Assembly (NCBI GenBank): GCA_048885925.1
Contig: JBHLLG010000077.1
Location: 1-13,193, forward strand
DNA length: 13,193 nt
Source: Candidatus Hermodarchaeota archaeon
Lineage (GTDB): Archaea > Asgardarchaeota > Lokiarchaeia > Sigyniarchaeales > SOKP01
Direction of reading: 5' to 3'
A model generated the notes under the pieces. It saw only the letters and a program-made list of their open reading frames with translations, did not search any database and was not told where the DNA came from. The first letter of the stretch is position 1, and every line of letters starts with the position of its first letter. Positions 7,724 through 13,193 of the stretch are shown one piece after another. The translations under genes were made by a program, and so were the position numbers.

Positions 7724-8953
7724 TTAGCGATCCACCCCAAATATTTTTTCTTTAGTTTCTCTAACTCCCAGATATTGATATAATTGTCCTTTCATATTAT
7801 TTACAGATAACATTTTCCTTTTTACAATGTCAAATTCATCTCGAGTTACATCTCTCCCTCCCAAGCCAACAATAAAACTTCTAAAAATTGTGCTTAATGG
7901 ATATAAAGCCGAAGCAACTGACATAGAAAATGGAGGTAACATCCCATTTAATGAATCACTTTTTTCTAAGAGAATCAGTTTTTCAATATTATGTTCTTCT
8001 ATAATTTTTCTTAGTTCTTCATACGGGAATGGTCGATAAGCTCTTATTTTAATTAAACCTACATCCTTATTTTTTGTCATCCAACTTATGATATTACCAC
8101 ACATTGATCCCATTGTACAAAAAGCAGTTTTGGAAGAGTTATCTAAATTATAAGTTTCAATAAGTTTGTACTCTCTGCCTGTTTCTATTTCAAATTTATT
8201 GAAAACATTAATCATTTTACTTAAAACAGGCTTTTTAGCTTCCTCTAAATTTGCTCTTCCTTCCATAAAGTAAGAAGGAGTGACTATACCACCCCAAGTA
8301 CCTGGTTTTGAAGGATCTATAGTGTGTCTTGGCTTCTTTGGTGTCATTTTTCTAACTGATTCATCAGGAATTAGAGTCAACTTTTGTACAGAATGAGATA
8401 TAATAAATCCATCATGAACAAAGATAGTAGGAAAAAGTGAATCTTCTGAAATCATAACTGAAAGGATAGCTGCATCATAAGTCTCTTGAACGTTCTCAGA
8501 GACAATTATATTCCAACCTATTTCAGAATTTACTTGTGTGAATTCCCAAGAATTCCAAATGGATAAATTTGGTGAATTAAAAGCTCTGGCAGAAATCATC
8601 ATAGTTAAAGGCAATCTCCACCCTACTGCCATCGGGAGGGCTTCAGTCATTAATAAATATCCTTGACTTGCTGTTGCAGTAAATGATCTTGCTCCTGCTG
8701 CACAAGCAGCAGTTGAATAACTTATTGCGGCTAATTCTGATTCTACATTTACAAAAGCTGCTTTTAATCTTCCATGATGAACAACATCAGATAATCCTTC
8801 AACTGATTGGGTTTGTGGTGTGATGGGAAAAGCACATATTACATCTGGATCTGTTTGAGTGACTCCTCCAGCAACAGCATAATTTCCAATCATTGTAGTT
8901 TCTATAGGTTCTTTTATTTCTTTGAAAAATATTCTCATTGGTTCTATTGACAT
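7724..8953 (-). CDS. porA: 2-oxoacid (pyruvate-type):ferredoxin oxidoreductase alpha subunit
   Basis: Motifs GNYAVA, AFPITPQT, VESE (ThDP-activating Glu), RSFTATASQG, RLP, DGFIISH, GLIKIRAYRPFP and GLGGRD. The likely start is the ATG at 8953 with RBS GAGGTGA 5 nt upstream, rather than 8986. Confidence 0.93.
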   Translation of the reverse strand: MSIEPMRIFFKEIKEPIETTMIGNYAVAGGVTQTDPDVICAFPITPQTQSVEGLSDVVHHGRLKAAFVNVESELAAISYSTAACAAGARSFTATASQGYLLMTEALPMAVGWRLPLTMMISARAFNSPNLSIWNSWEFTQVNSEIGWNIIVSENVQETYDAAILSVMISEDSLFPTIFVHDGFIISHSVQKLTLIPDESVRKMTPKKPRHTIDPSKPGTWGGIVTPSYFMEGRANLEEAKKPVLSKMINVFNKFEIETGREYKLIETYNLDNSSKTAFCTMGSMCGNIISWMTKNKDVGLIKIRAYRPFPYEELRKIIEEHNIEKLILLEKSDSLNGMLPPFSMSVASALYPLSTIFRSFIVGLGGRDVTRDEFDIVKRKMLSVNNMKGQLYQYLGVRETKEKIFGVDR

Positions 8954-8958
8954 TATTT

Positions 8959-8965
8959 TCACCTC
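8959..8965 (-). promoter_or_regulatory. Shine-Dalgarno site for porA
   Basis: The minus strand reads TAA-TT-GAGGTGA-AAATA-ATG between the gamma-delta stop and the porA start. Confidence 0.75.
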
Positions 8966-8967
8966 AA

Positions 8968-9957
8968 TTATTCTGGAGCGGCACAAGCTGCCGGACCTTG
9001 TTTCAATTTTTTACTAATAGCCTCTACTGGGCAAATTTCAAGACAATTTTGGCATGATTTACAATGGGATTGGTCAATACCTTTCATATGCCATAATCCA
9101 TCTTCTCCTTGTTCTCTAATAATAGCAAAATCTGGGCAAATATACCAGCATTGAGCACAATCAGTACATTTTTCTTCATCCCATATCATATCCCATTCAC
9201 CCCAAGAACCAGTATTTACTTGTTTGCTCCCAATTTCTATAACATCTTCATCGCAATACCATACTCCTGCTTCATCAACTTCCTTATAACCTGGCAAACC
9301 GGGATATACCTGTTGCCAAGGAACTTTTGTATCAATGGTGAAATCAAGATTAGGAGCATTTGAACTTTCATATACACAGGTTTCTTCATAAGCTCTTTTT
9401 ATAGCAGCTACATTTTTTCCAGCAATTTCCCCTTTAAATCGAAGCATTATTGCATCTGCTAGCGCATCAATAGAGAATATTGGAATAACTCGTATTAGGG
9501 CTCCTAGAATAATGGTGTTTGTAATATTTCTCCCAAGTATCTCCATTGCAATATTTAATGCATCTATAGTTGCAATATTTATGTCTGTTCTTCCAATAAT
9601 TCCTTGAATAGTAACTTGATCCAGTGTAGTATTTACAATAAGCCACCCTCCAGGCGCAAGTCCTGCCGTCACATCAATTTCTCCAAGGAGAGAAGGATCC
9701 AGTACAGAAACTGCATGTGGAGCATAAACTTGTTCATTAGTTCTCACCAATTCTTCATTTACACTAAGCCTAACATAACTTTCAGTGGGAGATCCCATAC
9801 GTTCTGCTCCAAAGAGAGGTTGACATACTCCATAACCATAAAAAGCTTCCACACATAAATTAGAAGCAGTAACTCCACCTTGTCCACCACGAGCGTGAAA
9901 CCTAAGATTAATTACATTTTCCTTTAAAATTTCTTTCATCTTTTCTGGAGTTAACAT
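8968..9957 (-). CDS. 2-oxoacid:ferredoxin oxidoreductase gamma-delta (PorC-PorD) fusion subunit with a 2x[4Fe-4S] ferredoxin domain
   Basis: The N-terminal gamma domain has RFHARGGQGGVTA, FGAERMGSP..SYVRLS, VLDPSL, NTIILGA and N..AI.RAYE. The C-terminal delta domain has TGSW, C264TDC267AQC270WYIC274P and C299KSC302QNC305LEIC309P. Confidence 0.92.
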   Translation of the reverse strand: MLTPEKMKEILKENVINLRFHARGGQGGVTASNLCVEAFYGYGVCQPLFGAERMGSPTESYVRLSVNEELVRTNEQVYAPHAVSVLDPSLLGEIDVTAGLAPGGWLIVNTTLDQVTIQGIIGRTDINIATIDALNIAMEILGRNITNTIILGALIRVIPIFSIDALADAIMLRFKGEIAGKNVAAIKRAYEETCVYESSNAPNLDFTIDTKVPWQQVYPGLPGYKEVDEAGVWYCDEDVIEIGSKQVNTGSWGEWDMIWDEEKCTDCAQCWYICPDFAIIREQGEDGLWHMKGIDQSHCKSCQNCLEICPVEAISKKLKQGPAACAAPE

Positions 9958-10103
9958 TTATAAAAAACTCTTATTTTTTCTTTAAAAAATCAAATTCTAT
10001 TAAATAAATTTAAGGGTAAAAATTAAGTTATGTTTAATCTTTCTTAAAACTTACTTATCTTTTCTTTATAAAAAATAATCCTTATCATTCAAAAGAAGAA
10101 AAA

Positions 10104-11351
10104 CTAATTAAATTCATTATTCAATTTATTTGCTACGTCCACACATAAGAGAAGAGTATATTTTATTCCTTTTTTGGAAACTAAATGCATATCATCTTTC
10201 TTGGTATGTACATATTTTAATCCTGGTTGAGAACCGAGCCAACAAGCCTCGAATCCCGCTTGAACAATTGGCATATAGTCAGACCAAGCTCCTGTAGGCA
10301 AATAAATATCTTTTATCTTAATATTCAATTCATTAGCACTGTCTAAAAATAACTTCGTTAATTTCTTGGAAGATGATCTACGAGGAATTCCATATGAAGT
10401 TATTAATCTAATAAAATCCTGACCTCCAATAGGATCGAGATTAATAAAGTATGTAGAATTTTTTTCTAATTCATTCTTATGTTTTTGAATAAAATTTGTT
10501 GCCCCTCCTAAATTCAATTCTTCAGAACTCGTACATAAGAACAGGAAATCAATATTATCTAAGGAATTGTTTCTAAAGTATTTACTTAGTTCAACAATGA
10601 CTCCTACTGCTGCTGCATTATCATACGCTCCAGGAGATTTGTTTCCTGTCTTATTAAAATAATTTAGATTGCTAAGTATAATAATTACAACACTTATATA
10701 TAACATAGAATAATTTAATATTTGGTTATTAAAAGGAAATATTAATTGAATGATAGACAAAATAAAATATAATAACAGCATGATTGTAAAACTAAAAAGG
10801 GTTATCATAAATAGAATTATTCTTATAGACGAAGGGAAAGTTTGTGATTTTGAGTCCCAATGCCCCATAAAGATAACTTTTGCCCTGGAATTTTTACTTT
10901 TAAATTCAATATAAATGTTTTCAGTTGGAAAATTCTTTTCTTCGTTTTTCAATAATTTAATTTCACTTGATGTTGCTAATCCAAGGATTCTAACACCAAT
11001 AAAAAGACTAACTAAAACTAATACTAGAGAGAACCAGTAGTTCATAAAAAACGATACTGCTAACGAGAGTAAACAAATCCCTAACGGTATAAAAGCATAT
11101 CTTAAGACTATCCAAATATAAAAAGAAGTTTTAAAACTTTCTCGATATACTGAATTAAAACCAACTTTTTTAAATTCATCTATAACAATTTCTTTAGCTT
11201 TTTTCTCTCCCTCTGTACCAATCAAACGAGGGAAGGCAAGTCTTTCTGCTATTCGATACGCATTATCTACATTAGGAATTTTTTCGGAAGACTTCTTATC
11301 TATTGCTATATGATTAGATTTTTTGACACTCATTTTAGATTTTAATGTCAT
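10104..11351 (-). CDS. M28-family zinc metallopeptidase with two inserted transmembrane hairpins
   Basis: Motifs PR..GTEGE, ENI, GH164WD166, PGAYD244NAAA, SE277E278LNL.G, INLD306, SDY.P and VH382T..D. Hydrophobic hairpins at about aa 78-125 and 178-230. The start overlaps the upstream stop (ATGA at 11351-11348). Confidence 0.88.
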   Translation of the reverse strand: MTLKSKMSVKKSNHIAIDKKSSEKIPNVDNAYRIAERLAFPRLIGTEGEKKAKEIVIDEFKKVGFNSVYRESFKTSFYIWIVLRYAFIPLGICLLSLAVSFFMNYWFSLVLVLVSLFIGVRILGLATSSEIKLLKNEEKNFPTENIYIEFKSKNSRAKVIFMGHWDSKSQTFPSSIRIILFMITLFSFTIMLLLYFILSIIQLIFPFNNQILNYSMLYISVVIIILSNLNYFNKTGNKSPGAYDNAAAVGVIVELSKYFRNNSLDNIDFLFLCTSSEELNLGGATNFIQKHKNELEKNSTYFINLDPIGGQDFIRLITSYGIPRRSSSKKLTKLFLDSANELNIKIKDIYLPTGAWSDYMPIVQAGFEACWLGSQPGLKYVHTKKDDMHLVSKKGIKYTLLLCVDVANKLNNEFN

Positions 11352-12283
11352 ATCTCTTTGTTATTTAAAAAATATTTAAACCACTCGATTGGAAGTACTT
11401 TTTTTACCTTTTCCAAAAATTCTTTTATCGTTAATATCCCTAATTCAGATATAATTCCGGAAATATATTCGGGTGGGGTAATATCAAAATAAAAATTATG
11501 AACCTCCAAAAACTTATTTATTATCTCTTTATCATAAACTTCTCTTATTGGTTTTTCCTTAATTAGTACACTATAACCATAATGACTTTTTAAGTTGTAT
11601 TTATACGAGTCGCAGACTGCGTAAACTTTTACCTTACTGGTGCTAGCTAATACAGCCAAGGTAAATGTGCCCACCTTATTGATAATCGAACCATCTTTTA
11701 ATATACTGTCAACTCCTATTAAAACTACATCTATCTCATCAATAAAATTTCCCATGGCACTATCTATAATTAGATGTGTTTTAAAACGTGAAGATAAAAT
11801 TTCAGCAACGTGTTGTCCCTCAAGGAGAGGTCTTGATTCCAGTACATAAATTTCAAATTCATATTCTTTATTTTTCAATAATAAGTTGATAATCGTTGAG
11901 CTATAAGATATTAACATTATTTTCAATGGAATTTTTTTATTCTCTTTTAAAAATGTTTGAAAGGCAAATTCTAAGGATTTCATTATTTTTTCTCTGTAAA
12001 TCTTAAACTGATTCAACTTTTCCTCTATAGCATTTTTATTTATTTTTTCTAAATCGTGAATCAGATATCCCATGGTATTGATAAGGGGAGCCATACTTGG
12101 ATGGGTATCAATTATTTGTTTTAACAAATATATAAGATCTTCTTTTATGTCTTTGTACGGATCAATAACCTGTTCAAGTTGAATTTTAATTATTTCAAGA
12201 GCTTTATCAATAAATTCACTAGCTCCAGAGGAGTTATCCTCTCTTAATTCTCTAATAATATCTTGAGTATTCTGGATTTTCAA
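11348..12283 (-). CDS. eIF-2B alpha/beta/delta (IF-2B) family protein, aIF2B-like; probably not an active MtnA or ribose-1,5-bisphosphate isomerase
   Basis: Motifs DNSSGASE, HPSMAPL, ISYSSTI, VLESRPLLEG, IDSA, IGVDSI..DG.IINKVGT and FDITP..YISGIISELG. TTG start. Confidence 0.88.
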   Translation of the reverse strand: MKIQNTQDIIRELREDNSSGASEFIDKALEIIKIQLEQVIDPYKDIKEDLIYLLKQIIDTHPSMAPLINTMGYLIHDLEKINKNAIEEKLNQFKIYREKIMKSLEFAFQTFLKENKKIPLKIMLISYSSTIINLLLKNKEYEFEIYVLESRPLLEGQHVAEILSSRFKTHLIIDSAMGNFIDEIDVVLIGVDSILKDGSIINKVGTFTLAVLASTSKVKVYAVCDSYKYNLKSHYGYSVLIKEKPIREVYDKEIINKFLEVHNFYFDITPPEYISGIISELGILTIKEFLEKVKKVLPIEWFKYFLNNKEI

Positions 12284-12363
12284 ACTATTTTGCCTTTAAT
12301 CCGCTTTTTAATTTTTATTAATTATATTTGCTTAAATCAAATATTTTTTTAAAGTAGAAACGA

Positions 12364-13191
12364 TTAATAAAATTTTTTAAAAATACGGCAGACTGCCAAT
12401 GCAATCCATAGATGAAGATCTTCATCTTTAGTCCTTAATAATTTTAAATCCCATAATCCATTTCCTAATTGTCTATTTCTTAATATATTAAGTGCTAACT
12501 CAATTTGAGGGTGAGAAATAGTGAATCTTAAGTTAACAAGGGTGTCAAGTGAAGATATAATATCAGTAAACCAAAAAGGGAATGATACTCTGAACCAATA
12601 ATCCACTGCCTTACGATCAGGGTATTTATCTGGTTTAAAAAACCTTGAAGCTAAAAGTTCTCCTGCTAATTTTATATCTTGTAAATTTCGATATTTAGAG
12701 TGAGCAGAAAAAGCCCTTAACACTACACCTGTTACCATATGAGAAAAGGGTTTTACTCTGTTTGGTTCTAATGGTTCAAGATCATTCAATACATCTGACC
12801 ATTTTGTATTATTTGTTCTTATTGGTATAGCCCATCCTCCATCATCTTGTCTTACTGATAATAGCCATTTAAATCCTTTTTCTATTCGTGGATCATCCTG
12901 ATATCCCGCTTTAATTAAAAGTTCCATAATACCAGCAGTGTAATTCGGGGAGTATTGATTACCGTATATCCCTCTAAAATCGCCTTATTTTGTTTGAAAT
13001 GAAAATAAGAATTCTGCTGCTTTTTGAATAGCTTGATGTTGATTATTAAGACCATTTTTTTCAATAAGGAAGCCTAATTGCCTGTATGTTTCTATTTGAT
13101 TGTAATTTTCTTGTGTCCTTAAATCATTTTTGCTCATAGGATATTGCCATGAACCATCCTCATGTTGCTTATTAATAATCCTTAATACTGA
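12364..13191 (-). pseudogene. Prenyltransferase/squalene-cyclase (QW) repeat alpha/alpha-toroid protein, 5'-truncated by the window edge and interrupted by one in-frame TAA at 12987-12985
   Basis: Reading upstream in frame from the 187-aa ORF gives SVLRIINKQHEDGSWQYP...AAEFLFSFQTK*GDFRGIYGNQYSPNYTAGIMELLIKAGY... The QxxxGxW/F repeats are KQHEDGSW, FQTK*GDF, RQDDGGW and RQLGNGLW. No other stop occurs up to the window end. Confidence 0.75.
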
Positions 13192-13193
13192 AG

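Noticed and set aside
7723-7740. TTG start at 7740 for porB (and GTG-type start at 8986 for porA) from the ORF track
   Set aside because: Both overlap the upstream gene. The ATGs at 7722 and 8953 have RBS-like motifs and sit just after the upstream stops.
8810-8835. FPITP instead of YPITP in the alpha subunit
   Set aside because: As I recall, FPITP also occurs in Thermococcales PorA, so it is not unusual on its own.
398-11849. Short alternative ORFs in the track (398-763, 1892-2080, 1970-2179, 2282-2491, 4387-4569, 4708-4932, 6227-6544, 7827-8039, 9109-9363, 9604-9858, 11640-11849)
   Set aside because: All lie wholly inside well-supported genes, antisense or out of frame, and have no recognisable motifs. 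They are shadow ORFs.
12985-12987. Stop-codon recoding (Sec/Pyl or an alternative genetic code)
   Set aside because: The codon is TAA, not TGA or TAG, and TAA terminates most other genes in the window.
1-13193. CRISPR arrays, tRNA/rRNA genes, transposases or integrases
   Set aside because: No spaced direct repeats, no GC-rich structured RNA-like segments in the short spacers, and no mobile-element ORFs were seen.

Overview
AT-rich, gene-dense prokaryotic window, most likely archaeal. The evidence is GGTGA/GAGGTGA ribosome-binding sites, oligo-T tracts after stops, an eIF2B-family gene and an archaeal-style 2-oxoacid oxidoreductase; an Asgard/Lokiarchaeia-like origin is plausible but only inferred. 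The + strand carries a FucI/AraA-like sugar isomerase, a GPH/MelB-type MFS sugar symporter and an alpha/beta hydrolase. The - strand carries, in transcription order: a prenyltransferase/squalene-cyclase-repeat gene broken by one in-frame TAA, an eIF2B-like protein lacking isomerase catalytic residues, a membrane-embedded M28 peptidase, a 2-oxoacid:ferredoxin oxidoreductase operon (gamma-delta fusion, alpha, beta), a crotonase, yjbQ and a GH172/DUF2961 glycosidase. The standout observation is that the oxidoreductase beta subunit (PorB-like) is circularly permuted. The canonical C-terminal half (YDNE-MNTG...) comes first and the canonical N-terminal half (CPGC...GGDG) comes last, so the thiamine-diphosphate-binding GDG...N motif is split across the two protein termini while all four [4Fe-4S] cysteines are kept. 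All family assignments come from motif recognition by eye, not from database searches.
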